From an uncultured Chthonomonadaceae bacterium (lineage in GTDB: Bacteria; Armatimonadota; Chthonomonadetes; Chthonomonadales; Chthonomonadaceae): a stretch of DNA of 64,000 nt. The notes below the pieces were generated by a model. The model saw nothing but the letters and a program-made list of their open reading frames with translations. It was not told the origin of the DNA and did not search any database. Position 1 is the stretch's first letter. Each line of letters begins with the position of its first letter. The stretch spans positions 11,809-75,808 of the forward strand of contig CAWIEK010000008.1 of assembly GCA_963835065.1 (NCBI GenBank), read 5' to 3'. Shown in pieces: positions 42,391 to 53,758 of the stretch. The translations under genes were made by a program, and so were the position numbers.

Positions 42391-43362
42391 ATGACGGCAA
42401 CGAATGACCATAGCGGCTGTACGCATACTGGCGAACATACCCACCATAGCGGCTGTACGCACCACAGCGCGGCAGGCATGAGCGAGAACAAACTGCGCCT
42501 GTCCCTGACGCTGACGCTGGCGTTCGTGTGCCTGGAAGCGCTTGCCGGCTGGCGGTCGGGCAGTCTCGCCCTGCTTTCCGACGCGGGGCATAACTTCACG
42601 GACGCGCTGGCGCTCGGCCTGTCGTGGTACGCCATCTGGATCGCGCGCAAGCCCGCCACGTCTACGCGCACGTTCGGCTACCATCGCGTCGGCATTTTAA
42701 CCGCCCTGTTCAACGCGCTGACGCTGATCGTGATTGCGGCCTTCATTTTCTTTGAGGCGTGGCAGTTGTTCGCGCATCCCCACGCGGTCAGCAGCAAGCC
42801 CATGATGCTGATCGCCGCCCTTGCCTTTGTCCTGAACACGTCTATCGCGCTCGGACTGCGGGGCGAAGCGGCGCACAGCGTGAATGTGCGCGGCGCGTTT
42901 ATCCACATGGCGGGCGACGCGCTTTCTTCCCTCGGCGTTCTGGCGGCGGGAGCGGTCATTTATTTCACGGGCTGGACGCTGGCGGACCCGCTCGTTTCCG
43001 TTCTCATTGGCGGATTTATCATTTACTCGTCGTGGGGCATCGTGCGGGAAACCGTCAACGTGCTGCTGGAAGGAACGCCGTCCGGCCTGAACCTGAACGC
43101 GCTGGCGCAATCCGTGCGCGCCACTCCCGGCGTCGTGGACTTGCACGATCTGCACGTCTGGACGGTGGGTGACGGCATGAACGCGCTTTCCTGCCACCTG
43201 CGCGTCCGGGAGCCGGAAACGGCGCAGGCCGCGCAGGTTGTGCAGTCCGTGAAAACCCTGCTCGCCGCGGAATACAACGTGCAGCACTCCACGATTGAAA
43301 CCGAGTGCGGCGAAGGATGCCACTGCCCGGAATTGTTTTGCCGGCAAGTGGTCAGCAGTTAG
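42391..43362 (+). CDS. Cation diffusion facilitator (CzcD/ZitB-like Zn/Co/Cd efflux)
   Basis: His-rich N-terminus, SLALLSDAGHN, HMAGD, HDLHVW. Confidence 0.92.
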   Translation: MTATNDHSGCTHTGEHTHHSGCTHHSAAGMSENKLRLSLTLTLAFVCLEALAGWRSGSLALLSDAGHNFTDALALGLSWYAIWIARKPATSTRTFGYHRVGILTALFNALTLIVIAAFIFFEAWQLFAHPHAVSSKPMMLIAALAFVLNTSIALGLRGEAAHSVNVRGAFIHMAGDALSSLGVLAAGAVIYFTGWTLADPLVSVLIGGFIIYSSWGIVRETVNVLLEGTPSGLNLNALAQSVRATPGVVDLHDLHVWTVGDGMNALSCHLRVREPETAQAAQVVQSVKTLLAAEYNVQHSTIETECGEGCHCPELFCRQVVSS

Positions 43363-43376
43363 GGGAGGAGTTTTTC

Positions 43377-44537
43377 ATGCTTGTTCCTGCTCTACGGGCT
43401 TTCATTTTACTGTTTCTATTCAACCTTCCTGCTTCCTCAGTAACACGGACGCAAACTTCGTCAAAAACAGTCATGAAAGGACAGCGCGTGACACACACGG
43501 CTTCGGAACGGCGCGGACGCGCTTTTCTCGGTTTCAAGGATTTTGCCTCGTTTGACCGGCAGGCGAACCCGGACGCGCATACCGCCGTTCTCACGTCGCC
43601 GCCCCTGCCCATAGATATTGCCGCCAATGAAGTCGTGCTTTCGTGGAACGCAGACGCGCCGATTGGCACGGGTATCAAAGTGGAAGCCCGCGCGTTTCAC
43701 GGCGAGCAGGCGACGAAATACTACGTTTTGGGGCTGTGGTCGAAAGATGGAAACGGTTTTCCCCGCGAAAGCGTGAACCACCAGAAGGATGAAAACGGCG
43801 ATGTGCAAACCGATACGCTGGTTTTGAACAAACCCGCCACGAGCCTGCAATTGCGCGTCACCTTAGAAGGCAAAGCGGGAACGGAATTGCCCAAATTGAA
43901 GTTTTTGGGCGTGTGTTTGGCAGATACGCATACGCCGCTCACGCCTTTAGAGCCGAACCATGCCGTGTGGGGCAAGGAAATCGTGGTTCCCGGCAAAACG
44001 CAATTGGGCTATCCGGGCGGAAGCGGCTGGTGCAGCCCGACAAGCACCTCCATGACCCTCGCGTTCTGGGCCAAATCGCTGCACCGGCCCGAACTTGATA
44101 TTTCCGTTCCCGATACCGCTCACGCCATCTACGACAAGGTGTACGGCGGAACCGGCAACTGGCCGTTCAATACCGCGTTCGCCGGTTCGTTCCCCGGCAT
44201 CCGCGCTTATGTCACGCGCCTGTCCGACATCCGCGAACTGGAAGACTGGGTTGCGATTGGCATCCCGCCGATTGTGTCCGTGTCCTACGACCTGCTCAAA
44301 GGCAAGCCCAATGACAACGATCCCGGCCATTTGATGGTCTGCGACGGGTTTACCAAAGACGGCGACATTGTGCTGAACGACCCGGCCCACCATCCCGAAC
44401 GGGGCGAAGCCTGCCGTCGCGTCTTTCCCCGCGCCAACTTCCTGCGCGCGTGGAACCGTTCCAAGTATTTGATTTACCTCATCTACCCGGAAGGCAGCAA
44501 ACTCCCCGCCGACGCTTACGGCCATTGGGAACGGTAG
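43377..44537 (+). CDS. Secreted peptidase C39-like protein
   Basis: WCSPTSTSM, GNWPFNTAFAG, GHLMVCDGF, VLNDPA. Confidence 0.85.
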   Translation: MLVPALRAFILLFLFNLPASSVTRTQTSSKTVMKGQRVTHTASERRGRAFLGFKDFASFDRQANPDAHTAVLTSPPLPIDIAANEVVLSWNADAPIGTGIKVEARAFHGEQATKYYVLGLWSKDGNGFPRESVNHQKDENGDVQTDTLVLNKPATSLQLRVTLEGKAGTELPKLKFLGVCLADTHTPLTPLEPNHAVWGKEIVVPGKTQLGYPGGSGWCSPTSTSMTLAFWAKSLHRPELDISVPDTAHAIYDKVYGGTGNWPFNTAFAGSFPGIRAYVTRLSDIRELEDWVAIGIPPIVSVSYDLLKGKPNDNDPGHLMVCDGFTKDGDIVLNDPAHHPERGEACRRVFPRANFLRAWNRSKYLIYLIYPEGSKLPADAYGHWER

Positions 44538-44572
44538 GGAGAAGTTGAGGGTTGAGGGTTGAGAGTTAAGGC

Positions 44573-45622
44573 ATGAACAAATCACGCTTTCTGTTCCCGG
44601 TTCTTATCTTCTGCGGCCTGATGTTCGGCTGTGCGTCTAACATCTGCGGTTCTTCGCCGCGAACGGTCGGGGACAAGCCTGTCTCGGCAATCTCCACCCG
44701 CTTTCCAGCGGATACCTTTCTCATCGCGCGTCAGCCGAAGAGCGGGACATTGTTGTGGGCGACTACGCAGAAACTCCATAATACGCGCACCGGAGCTGAG
44801 TTTACCTTTCCCAATGGCGGCTGCGCCTGTAAACAGATGGCGTGGTCAGCAGACCAGAAGCGTCTGCTTGTCGTGGGAGAGACAGATGCTTATGTTTTGG
44901 AAGCAGATTCCTTACGTTTTGTGCATCACCTCAATAATTCAGTGGCTTGGTGGCAAGGTTCTCATTACGCTTACATAGATTACACGATGGATGCGCCTCG
45001 TATAGTCTCTTCGGCAAACAAACCCATCGCCGTGCTGCGGAACATAGAAGGAATATATGCTGCCGATCCTCAAAACGGGTACTTGCTGTGTGGCACATTG
45101 CTGCCGCGTGAACTCAACCATGCAGAACGGGGTCCTGCCTACTTGCTTCAGATATGCAAGTTGACCTCACGAGACAGGTTGCGTCGGATACGCACTCTCG
45201 GCAGAACTTATTTCGATCCCGGCAGCAGTGGCGTACCGGGAAGGTTCGGCATGGGAAAAGATCAAAGAGTTGTCTTCAACTATCCGCATGGAGGAGAAGC
45301 CTTATACACCCTTCAAATGGCTGAAGGGCAACAGATAAGATCGCTTTTTATGAGGAATGGCGAAGACAGCCTCGAAAGTATTCAAGGTCCCTTTGTGGGA
45401 GAGAACACGCTTTTCGGCATCGTAGGATTGGCGGCAGTGAGTGGTTCGCCATGCAGAGAACAATATCTTTATCGGATTTCCGGCAAGAAAACTACCTTGC
45501 AGAAGATCGGATTGGATGTAGCCTTCGCGTATTACGATCCGATTCGGCATGCGATTGGCTTGGGTTATAAATCGAAGACCGGTGTTCTTGTGCGTTATGT
45601 GTCGGAATTGCTTACCCAATGA
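44573..45622 (+). CDS. Hypothetical lipoprotein
   Basis: Lipobox-like MFGC after hydrophobic stretch. Confidence 0.6.
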   Translation: MNKSRFLFPVLIFCGLMFGCASNICGSSPRTVGDKPVSAISTRFPADTFLIARQPKSGTLLWATTQKLHNTRTGAEFTFPNGGCACKQMAWSADQKRLLVVGETDAYVLEADSLRFVHHLNNSVAWWQGSHYAYIDYTMDAPRIVSSANKPIAVLRNIEGIYAADPQNGYLLCGTLLPRELNHAERGPAYLLQICKLTSRDRLRRIRTLGRTYFDPGSSGVPGRFGMGKDQRVVFNYPHGGEALYTLQMAEGQQIRSLFMRNGEDSLESIQGPFVGENTLFGIVGLAAVSGSPCREQYLYRISGKKTTLQKIGLDVAFAYYDPIRHAIGLGYKSKTGVLVRYVSELLTQ

Positions 45623-46952
45623 TTTCCAGTACAAGAGATTGCGCTGCGGAAGAATGGTTTACATTGGCATCGGCGGTTAATGTGTAAGCGGAACGCAGCG
45701 TTTGCGCCCATTCCTCTACGCGCCCGTTGTCAGCCGCGCGAACGTGCAGGGTTGCCAGCGTTATTCCTGATGTGACGGCATCACTTGTTTTGGCGTGAAG
45801 CACAAGGCCGACTGCCGGATCAATGGCGTCGGTTTTGGCCTGCCGTCCCGCGCCCATTTCTACCGACAGCCGCCCGATGATTTCCGCATCCAGGCCGATA
45901 ACCACGCCGCTTTGATCGGTTTGTACTTGCTGCTGAATCAGCCCGACGGGCAGCGATGCTAAAATGGCTTCCGGCGTATTCGGCCCGCCCTGCGCCGCGG
46001 CGATTTCCGCAAACTTTGCCGCCGCCTGTCCGTATGCCAGTGCCTTCCTTACCTGAACAAGCGCCTCTGTCTCATCGGTTTCTTTTCCCGCCGCCAGCAA
46101 TCCATGTACGGCAAGATCAATGCAAAGCCGCTCAAACCGGGGTTCGCCCTGTCCCTTTATCAGCAGTTCCAGCGCTTCGCGGACTTCCAGCGCGTTGCCC
46201 ACCGCGCGTCCAAGCGGTTCGTCCATGAGCGTCAGCACGGCTGAGGTCGGAACGCCCGCGCCATTGCCGATGCGAACTAATGTTTGCGCCAGTTCGCGCG
46301 CCTGCGCCAATGTCTTCATAAACGCCCCGCGCCCAACTTTTACGTCCAGCACCAATCGCTGCCCGCCCGACGCAAGTTTTTTGCTCATAATGCTGCTTGC
46401 AATCAGGGGAATGCTTTCTACCGTTGCGGTCACGTCCCGCAGCCCGTACAGAATTTTATCCGCAGGCGCAAGCGAAGGCGTTTGTCCAATCAAGGCCGCG
46501 CCGATTCGCCGCGCCTGCGCTTTGGCTTCCTCTACCGTCAAGTCCGCGCGAAATCCGGGGATAGCCTCCAATTTGTCTACCGTGCCGCCCGAAAAGCCCA
46601 GCCCCCGCCCGCTCATTTTCAGCATCGGTACGCCCAACGCCGCAAGAATGGGAACAACAACCAGCGTGGTTTTATCGCCAACCCCGCCCGTGCTGTGCTT
46701 GTCCAGCGCGGGGCCATTCGGCAAATCCGACAGATCAATACATTCGCCCGAATCGCGCATGGCAAGCGTTAAATCCAATGTTTCCCGCTCGCTCATGCCG
46801 CGCAGAAACACCGCCATCAGCCACGCGCTGACCTGATAATCCGGCAAACTTCCGTCCGTCACGCCCGCAATCACAAACGCAATCTCTTCCCGGCTAAGTT
46901 CGCCGCCATCCCGCTTTTTCGCGATAACATCCGTAATTCGCATTTGGTTCAT
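45612..46952 (-). CDS. pdp: Pyrimidine-nucleoside/thymidine phosphorylase
   Basis: DKHSTGGVGDK, KMSGRGLG, SSIMSKK, LDVKVGRGAFMK. Confidence 0.93.
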   Translation of the reverse strand: MNQMRITDVIAKKRDGGELSREEIAFVIAGVTDGSLPDYQVSAWLMAVFLRGMSERETLDLTLAMRDSGECIDLSDLPNGPALDKHSTGGVGDKTTLVVVPILAALGVPMLKMSGRGLGFSGGTVDKLEAIPGFRADLTVEEAKAQARRIGAALIGQTPSLAPADKILYGLRDVTATVESIPLIASSIMSKKLASGGQRLVLDVKVGRGAFMKTLAQARELAQTLVRIGNGAGVPTSAVLTLMDEPLGRAVGNALEVREALELLIKGQGEPRFERLCIDLAVHGLLAAGKETDETEALVQVRKALAYGQAAAKFAEIAAAQGGPNTPEAILASLPVGLIQQQVQTDQSGVVIGLDAEIIGRLSVEMGAGRQAKTDAIDPAVGLVLHAKTSDAVTSGITLATLHVRAADNGRVEEWAQTLRSAYTLTADANVNHSSAAQSLVLEIIG

Positions 46953-46962
46953 AACCAGGTTT

Positions 46963-47898
46963 TCACAGGCGCGTTTTGAAGTAGGCGATGGTGCGGGTCA
47001 AGCCTTCTTCCAGCGTCACTTTCGGCTCCCAATTCAGCAACGCTTTGGCTTTGGTAATGTCGGGGCGGCGCTGGCGCGGGTCGTCGGCGGTTTTCAGTTC
47101 CTCATAAACGATTTCGCTGGAACTGTTGGTCAAGGCTTTGATTTCGCGGGCGAATTCAAGCATCGTCCGTTCGGTCGGGTTGCCGATGTTGATTGGCCCC
47201 GATTGCTCGGAATTGACCAGCCGCCAAAAGCCGTCTATGAGATCGCTGACATAGCAGAACGAGCGGGTTTGCGTACCGGTTCCATACACCGTTATCGGGT
47301 CGCCGCGCAGGGCTTGCCCGATGAAATTGGGAACCACGCGCCCATCATTCAGCCGCATGCGTTCGCCATAAGAGTTGAAGATGCGAACAATTTTGGTGTC
47401 CACGCCGTAAAAGCGCCGGTACGTCATGGTCATGGCTTCGCCGTAGCGCTTGGACTCGTCGTACACGCTGCGTATGCCGATGGGATTGACGTTGCCCCAA
47501 TACTCTTCGGGCTGTGGGTGTATGAGCGGGTCGCCGTATACTTCCGATGTAGACGCGAAGAAGAACCGCGCCCCGGTTGCCTGCGCCACATCCAGCGCGC
47601 GCTCCGTGCCCCACGCATTGACCTTCATAATCTCTTTGGGCCGGGTCGGGAAGTCTACCGGGCTGGCAGGCGAAGCCAGATGAAACACGTACCCCAAACT
47701 GCCGTCAATTTCAATCGGCTCGATAACATCGTGCTGCGTAAACGTAAAATGCGGGTTGCCTTCCAGATGCCGGAGGTTGTCGAGGCTTCCGGTCACGAGA
47801 TTGTCCATCGCAATCACGTCCAGCCCTTCGGCAAGCAGGCGATCACACAAATGTGAACCAAGAAAACCGGCTCCTCCGGTAACAAGCGCGCGCGTCAT
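46963..47898 (-). CDS. UDP-glucuronic acid decarboxylase family SDR
   Basis: [35 protein letters not shown]. Confidence 0.92.
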   Translation of the reverse strand: MTRALVTGGAGFLGSHLCDRLLAEGLDVIAMDNLVTGSLDNLRHLEGNPHFTFTQHDVIEPIEIDGSLGYVFHLASPASPVDFPTRPKEIMKVNAWGTERALDVAQATGARFFFASTSEVYGDPLIHPQPEEYWGNVNPIGIRSVYDESKRYGEAMTMTYRRFYGVDTKIVRIFNSYGERMRLNDGRVVPNFIGQALRGDPITVYGTGTQTRSFCYVSDLIDGFWRLVNSEQSGPINIGNPTERTMLEFAREIKALTNSSSEIVYEELKTADDPRQRRPDITKAKALLNWEPKVTLEEGLTRTIAYFKTRL

Positions 47899-48251
47899 GC
47901 AGGGTTCCTTTCCAGCGTCGGTTGCTCCACTCCGCTCTTGACAGTCGCGGCGCTGCGGGCAAACAGAGTTTTCGATTATAGCAAACATTCCTGCGCAGCG
48001 TCAACCTTCCACTATCAGGCCACGCTCGCGCAAAGGATAGGTACGTTTATTATGCGTACCCGGCGTGTGTTTCTTCATGTGACCGCGAACCGCGTGGATA
48101 GTTTTTGACCGTCCGGGGCGCGGTATGCTATAATACGCTAGGTTAATCATCAGGTTCGAGACGATTTTGATTGTGTTGCGTCGCCATTGCCATTGCAGTT
48201 GCCCTGCAATACACAGTTTATGCGGAATCGTCGAGAAAGGAGCGCCCGTCC

Positions 48252-49001
48252 ATGTCTGGACATTCCAAATGGCATAACATTCGCCTGCGCAAGGGAGCGC
48301 AGGACGCCAAACGCGGCAACCTGTTCACCAAACTCGCCAAAGAAATCATCATGGCCGCCAAAAGCGGCGGTGGCAACCCCGATAACAACCTGCGCCTGCG
48401 CCTCGCCATCCAAAAGGCGCGCGAAAACTCCATGCCGCAGGACAACATCAAGCGCAGCATCCAGCGCGGCACGGGCGAAGTGGAAGGCGCGGTTTTTGAA
48501 GAAGCTGTTTATGAGGGCTATGGGCCGGGCGGCGTGGCCGTGCTTGTGGATGTGGCGACCGACAACAAAAACCGCACCGTCGCCAACATTCGCAACATTT
48601 TTAATAAGAATGGCGGGCGCATGGGCGAGTCGGGATCGGTTTCGTACCGCTTCCGTCCTATCGGCATCATCACCGTTGCCCGCGCCGCCGCCGAAGAGGA
48701 AGCCGTTTTCAATGCCGCCATCGAAGCAGGCGCGGAAGACGTGCGCGCTGATGAAGACAACTACGAGGTTATCACGCAACCCGAAGATTTCGGGGCCGTG
48801 CGGCAGGCGATTGAAGCCGCCAATATCCCGATTGCCAATGCCGAGTACACGATGGAGCCGACGGACACGGTTCAGCTTGACAGCAAGGACGCCGCGTTGC
48901 TGTTGCGCCTGATGGACCGGTTGGAAGACGATGAGGACGTGCAAAACGTCCACGCCAACTTCGACATTCCCGAAGACGTGCTGGAAGAAGCAAGCGCATA
49001 A
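48252..49001 (+). CDS. yebC: YebC/PmpR family protein
   Basis: MSGHSKWHNI, YEGYGPGG, TDNKNRT, EDDEDVQNV. Confidence 0.95.
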   Translation: MSGHSKWHNIRLRKGAQDAKRGNLFTKLAKEIIMAAKSGGGNPDNNLRLRLAIQKARENSMPQDNIKRSIQRGTGEVEGAVFEEAVYEGYGPGGVAVLVDVATDNKNRTVANIRNIFNKNGGRMGESGSVSYRFRPIGIITVARAAAEEEAVFNAAIEAGAEDVRADEDNYEVITQPEDFGAVRQAIEAANIPIANAEYTMEPTDTVQLDSKDAALLLRLMDRLEDDEDVQNVHANFDIPEDVLEEASA

Positions 49002-49004
49002 TTA

Positions 49005-49146
49005 TTCACCACCAAGACACCAAGAACACCAAGTAAAGCAGGCAATAGGAACGGATTCAGAACGCGCAAATCTTTCAATATCTGCTGCAATTTTATAACG
49101 TCATTTTTCTCGTTCTTCTTGGTGTTCTTGGCGTCTTGGTGGTGAA
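49005..49146. mobile_element. Second copy of CACCAAGA-type MITE-like element
   Basis: 29-bp TIRs (1 mismatch) identical to those at 11478-11640. Confidence 0.8.
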
Positions 49147-49248
49147 GAGTTACCCCTGCGCGTTGATTCTCGTGTCTTTTGCGGCTTGTTTCCTTCCTGC
49201 TGTGCGCAGATAACGCAATCGCGCTTCTATTTGTTTTTCGCGGAGTTG

Positions 49249-50241
49249 TCACCGCCGTATGTTGGTGGAAGCGCGGGAGCGGGCGGCTTCGATTTCCTGG
49301 CGCGTGGAAAGCAGCAGATCACCCGGCATGGTATGTTTCAGCGCGGCCATGGCAACCCCGTATTCCAGTCCGGCGTGAAGATCGTTTTGCAGGTATCCCA
49401 AAATCACGCCCGCGTTGAACGCATCCCCGGCTCCGACCCGATCCACCACCTGCCCTAATGTATGCGGCGACGCGGCCCAATCTCCCTGATCGTCACACGC
49501 CAGCGCGCCGCCGCCGCCCAATGTTACCACAACCGTTTTCAAGCCATAACGCGCTTTCAGTTCCCGCGCCACCTCCGCGCCCTCCCCTCGAATATCAAAC
49601 AGCAGTTCCACGTCGGCAAGCGGCGTCAGAAGCAAGTCAATCTGCGGCAGCAAGGGTTCCAAAATGCGCTTTGCCTGCTCCGCGCTCCACAACTTGGCGC
49701 GGTAGTTGATGTCAAAGGAGATATGGGTATTCGCCTGTTTCGCCACTCGCATCGCGTGAGCAACGGCTTCCGCGCAGGACGGAGAAAGCGCGGGCGTAAT
49801 GCCGGACAGGTGCAGCAGGCGGGCGCGGGCAATGCGATCCGTATTTACATCGTCAGGCGCAAGCGTACTGGCAGACGAGTCAGCGCGGTCATAATACACG
49901 TCTATGCCACGCGGCGGCAGTCCGAAATCCAGAAAGTAGGTTCCGGCCCGCGCGGTTGAGGAACTGTCCCAAACCACATCGGAGGTATCCACGCCCCACC
50001 GCCGAATTTCGTTCTCGATTCGCCGCCCCAACGGATTGGCAGGCAGCTTGCTCCACCACGCCGCGCGCAATCCCAGCCGCGCCAGCGCCACAGCGGTATT
50101 CGACTCCGACCCGCCGACCCTAACGTCCAGCGAAACCGCTTCCTCCAATCGGCTGAACCCCGGCGCGCTCAACCGCAGCATCGTTTCCCCAAATGTGATT
50201 ACATCGAGGTCGTGTCCTATTTGCTGTTGTTCATTCGTCAA
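49249..50241 (-). CDS. PfkB sugar kinase (KDG kinase-like)
   Basis: GGSESN, FDINYR, DRVGAGDAF. Confidence 0.88.
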   Translation of the reverse strand: MTNEQQQIGHDLDVITFGETMLRLSAPGFSRLEEAVSLDVRVGGSESNTAVALARLGLRAAWWSKLPANPLGRRIENEIRRWGVDTSDVVWDSSSTARAGTYFLDFGLPPRGIDVYYDRADSSASTLAPDDVNTDRIARARLLHLSGITPALSPSCAEAVAHAMRVAKQANTHISFDINYRAKLWSAEQAKRILEPLLPQIDLLLTPLADVELLFDIRGEGAEVARELKARYGLKTVVVTLGGGGALACDDQGDWAASPHTLGQVVDRVGAGDAFNAGVILGYLQNDLHAGLEYGVAMAALKHTMPGDLLLSTRQEIEAARSRASTNIRR

Positions 50242-50259
50242 TGCGTTTCTCCGCTCTTG

Positions 50260-51288
50260 TCAATTGGCAGGCATGGTATACAACATGCAGTGATACTCGA
50301 CTGCCAGCGCCTTTCCGCCCGGCAGCCAGTCTACATTCAAGGGAAAGTGGATCGCATATTCGTCTGCCTGATATTTGGGCAGGCTTATGAGGCGGCGCAG
50401 ATGCCGCCCGCGAATATCACTGCGCCAGATTTCCATAAACGTGAGCGGCTTTGTTACTCCCGAAGAAGCTGGACGGTATCGTGATGCCTGCCGGAAAGTA
50501 GTTCGTTTTACAGTCAGCGTATAAACCAGTTGATCTCCAGAAGGGGATAGGCAGGCATTTTCAAGTTTTGCGCCTTGCGGCATGTTGATAATAGTGCGAC
50601 GATCAGGGCTTGACTTCCAGTACGAGGCGCGTTGATGGATAATCACTTTGTTTGTGTCGTCTGCGTTGTCGTCTATAGTAATCACGTTATGCCTTGTAGT
50701 GACACTGCGCTCGATGTCTTCGGGTGACATCTGCAGCTGCGCGATGTTCCTGCGAATGTGAGCCGAATTGGTAATGTCGTAGAGGAAGCAGGTATGATTC
50801 TGCGGATGAACGTCGTCCTTCGCCAGCAGGAAGTGGCGGCTGTCGGGCAGCCATACAGCAGAAGCGCTGCGCTGCAAGATTGAAAAATGCTTGGAGCCGT
50901 CCAGCGCAACAAGTTCCATTTTGTCGCCGCCTATTTCTTTGTCTATAAGCATCCATTTGCTGTCCGGGGAGAGACGCGGCGCATTGCAAACACAAAATTT
51001 GTGCATGAAGTTTGTTAGGCGGGATAATTTAGTTTCTTTTCCTGTTCCCACGTCACGGAGGAAGTAGGTGTCTCTTCCATCATTGTCGCGCGCAAACAGG
51101 ACCTTCCGTTCAGACAGCCAACACCAGCCAAAGGTATGGTGAGCATGAGCATGCCAGCCGCTCGTATTTGTTACCGACGTTGCGCGTTTACGCAAAAGCT
51201 GTTCAGGCGGCGCAGCCGCGCTGTGCGCCATCATACTACCAGCAAGTAAGCAGAAGCCGATGAGATATTGGAGTATTATTTTGCGCAT
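50260..51288 (-). CDS. Secreted TolB-like beta-propeller hypothetical protein
   Basis: Signal peptide; LSPDSKW, WLPDSRH, LSPSGDQL, WLPGGKAL blades. Confidence 0.65.
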   Translation of the reverse strand: MRKIILQYLIGFCLLAGSMMAHSAAAPPEQLLRKRATSVTNTSGWHAHAHHTFGWCWLSERKVLFARDNDGRDTYFLRDVGTGKETKLSRLTNFMHKFCVCNAPRLSPDSKWMLIDKEIGGDKMELVALDGSKHFSILQRSASAVWLPDSRHFLLAKDDVHPQNHTCFLYDITNSAHIRRNIAQLQMSPEDIERSVTTRHNVITIDDNADDTNKVIIHQRASYWKSSPDRRTIINMPQGAKLENACLSPSGDQLVYTLTVKRTTFRQASRYRPASSGVTKPLTFMEIWRSDIRGRHLRRLISLPKYQADEYAIHFPLNVDWLPGGKALAVEYHCMLYTMPAN

Positions 51289-51331
51289 AGATACCTCCTA
51301 TCAGGCAAAGCCTCTTTTTGAGGATTTAATA

Positions 51332-52592
51332 TCAAAAGTGGTGTATCAAAACGTGAGCAATGCCAACGATTGCGCCGCCGAGTACCAGCCATGCGGAGTT
51401 GACGCGCCGGCGCAGCAACAGGAGCAGGCTGATAAGGGCTAAGACAATCGTGGTTACATCTCGTAAAGCGTTTTGCGCCAACTGCCCTGTTACCAACGCC
51501 ATGAGAGAAAGAGAGGCGACATTCACGCCGTCCAGAAACGCGCCCGCCGTTGCCGATTGCCGGATGCGCGATACAAGCGGGCCGCTCAGAGCGACAAAGG
51601 CGAACGCGGGCAGGAAAATTCCCACTGTCGCCACGATTGCGCCTTTTGGCCCGGCCAGAACGTAGCCGATAAACGTTGCCGTCGTGAACACGGGGCCGGG
51701 CGTTACCTGCCCGATGGCAACGGCGTCCAGCAGTTGGCCCGTTGTCAGCCACGCGCGTTTTGTCACCAGATCGTCGCGCAAAAACGCCAGCAGCACATAG
51801 CCGCTGCCATACACGACCGAGCCGAGTTTCAGGAACACAAGCCCAAGCGAAGTCAGGCCAAGCGCGGAGGATGCTCCCGCATACAGGCTCAACAGGATGG
51901 GCAGGGCAATTATAGCGCCCAACGCGAACAGCAGAACGAAAAGCGGACGCGATACTGTCTTTGCGCTTGGCGCAAAACCAGAAAACGCCGCTCGTTGCCA
52001 GCCCGGATGCCGCCAGCGTCAGCAGTGGGTTTGCGCTCCACGCCGCCAACGCGAACGCGCCGACTGCTGCGCCACCCAAAAACCGGGTCTTGATTGCCGC
52101 GCGTCCCAGATTCCACAACGCCTGCGCGACAACAGCGACAACAACAGGCTTCACGCCATACAATGCGCCCGCGATTTGCGGCAGTTGCCCATAGCGAACA
52201 TACGCCCACGCCAGAACCATCACCAGCAGAAACGCAGGCAATATAAAGCACGTTCCCGCCAGAAACAAACCTACCCATCCGGCTTTGCGAAACCCGATGT
52301 GGATCGCCAGTTCCGTGGATGAGGGGCCGGGAACCAGATTGGACGCGCCAAGCAGGTCCAGAAATTCCGCTTTGGTGAGCCATTGCCGACGCTCGACAAC
52401 CTCCTGCTGCATCATAGCGATATGCGCGGCAGGCCCGCCGAAAGCCGTTGTTCCCAAACGCAGGAACAGCAGCGCCAATTCGCGGGGTGTCGCCGGCTTG
52501 CCTGCCGCAATCGTTTTAACAGCCTCCAGTTCAGTCACGATTGTTTCCGCAAAAGATAGTTCCGCAGACTTGCCATTGGGTTCAGCGTTCAT
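51332..52592 (-). CDS. chrA: Chromate efflux transporter (frameshift near 51950)
   Basis: AFGGPAAHI, PGPSSTEL; second half YGSGYVL, QVTPGP. Confidence 0.9.
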
Positions 52593-52606
52593 AGCGAGTT
52601 CACTAA

Positions 52607-53755
52607 AAGCGGCTTGCGTAATTGGTGATCTGGCTCCGCGATGCGTGTTGTGTCCCATTTTTTACTCTGTGGCTTGCCAGACACCATTGTTCCTTGCCCT
52701 TATGTACTTTTAAGCAACCAGTTCCATCTGTCCGGTTTGCCGGAAGTTGAGCAACCCGGCAATGACACAGAAGACGCTTTCATGGTCGTCGAACTTGCCG
52801 CGCCACACTTGGGCCATACTCTGCCACTTCTTGAGCCGGGCAAAATGATGCTCCACGTAAATGCGTTGGGTGGAGAGCATGTAATTATAAGCGCGTTCGA
52901 GGATGTTCTGCTCTTGATTGCGCGGCTTTTTGATCGGCTGCTGCACGTCCAGCTCAGGATGCGCGGTGTCCGTGCCTTCATAGCCTTTGTCCAGACGCAC
53001 TTTGAGGCCGGAAGGCATCTGCGGCAGAACGCCCGAAGCGCGCAGCACGGTCATGTCGCTAATACAACCGGGCAAGCCGCCGAAGACATGGAGAATGCTC
53101 GTCTTGGTAGCGACAATCTGGGTCTTGACGGTATGGTCTTGCTGTTTGCCACTATACGCCAGTTTGCGCTTGAGTTTGTCCGTCGGCTGTGGAATGGATT
53201 GCTCCGTGGCGTCGAGAAGCACTTCCTTGATCTCGGGATACGCGGCCAAGAGTTCTTCGAGAGTGCCAATGCGCTTGCGCCGCTTCTGTGTGCCCGCGTG
53301 GTCGGCAGAAGGCTGCCCGCTGGGGAGGGGTGACGTGTCGGCAGGTGTGTCGCTTGCCAGATCACGTAGGGGCGCATCCCGCAAAGGTGTGGGCAGCACT
53401 TCCTGCAAGATCGGCAGCAAGCGCTCGTGCAATTCGCGGCTGATGTTGCTCTCGTCCAAGTCAAAGAGGTAGCCGAGCAAACTCTGCCCGACGTACAAAC
53501 GCAGGTACATCAGTCCCATCAGCAGCCGTTCGGGCAACGCGAGGCGAAACGGATGCCCGGAGGTGAGCGCGCCGTGACGCTGCGGACGTTGCCGCTTGGC
53601 GAGTTCCATGGCTTCATACGCCGGAGCGACTTGGGCGAGGAGCGTGTCGAACTCCGCGACGCACAGACCCGTGAATGCCTGAAAGTGGCGCGGCTTGCGC
53701 CGTAACTTGGTTAAGGTAAGCATAGGCTGATTTTACCCTATTACGCAAGAGGCTT
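52607..53755 (-). mobile_element. IS5-family (ISL2-like) insertion sequence
   Basis: TIRs aagcggcttgcgtaat / attacgcaagaggctt (14/16), flanking TAA duplication. Confidence 0.8.
52710..53723 (-). CDS. Transposase (HTH_Tnp_4 + DDE_Tnp_4 type)
   Basis: FQAFTGL, DATEQSI, YSGKQQDHTVK, DKGYEG, RIYVEH..ARLK. Confidence 0.92.
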   Translation of the reverse strand: MLTLTKLRRKPRHFQAFTGLCVAEFDTLLAQVAPAYEAMELAKRQRPQRHGALTSGHPFRLALPERLLMGLMYLRLYVGQSLLGYLFDLDESNISRELHERLLPILQEVLPTPLRDAPLRDLASDTPADTSPLPSGQPSADHAGTQKRRKRIGTLEELLAAYPEIKEVLLDATEQSIPQPTDKLKRKLAYSGKQQDHTVKTQIVATKTSILHVFGGLPGCISDMTVLRASGVLPQMPSGLKVRLDKGYEGTDTAHPELDVQQPIKKPRNQEQNILERAYNYMLSTQRIYVEHHFARLKKWQSMAQVWRGKFDDHESVFCVIAGLLNFRQTGQMELVA

Positions 53756-53758
53756 TAA

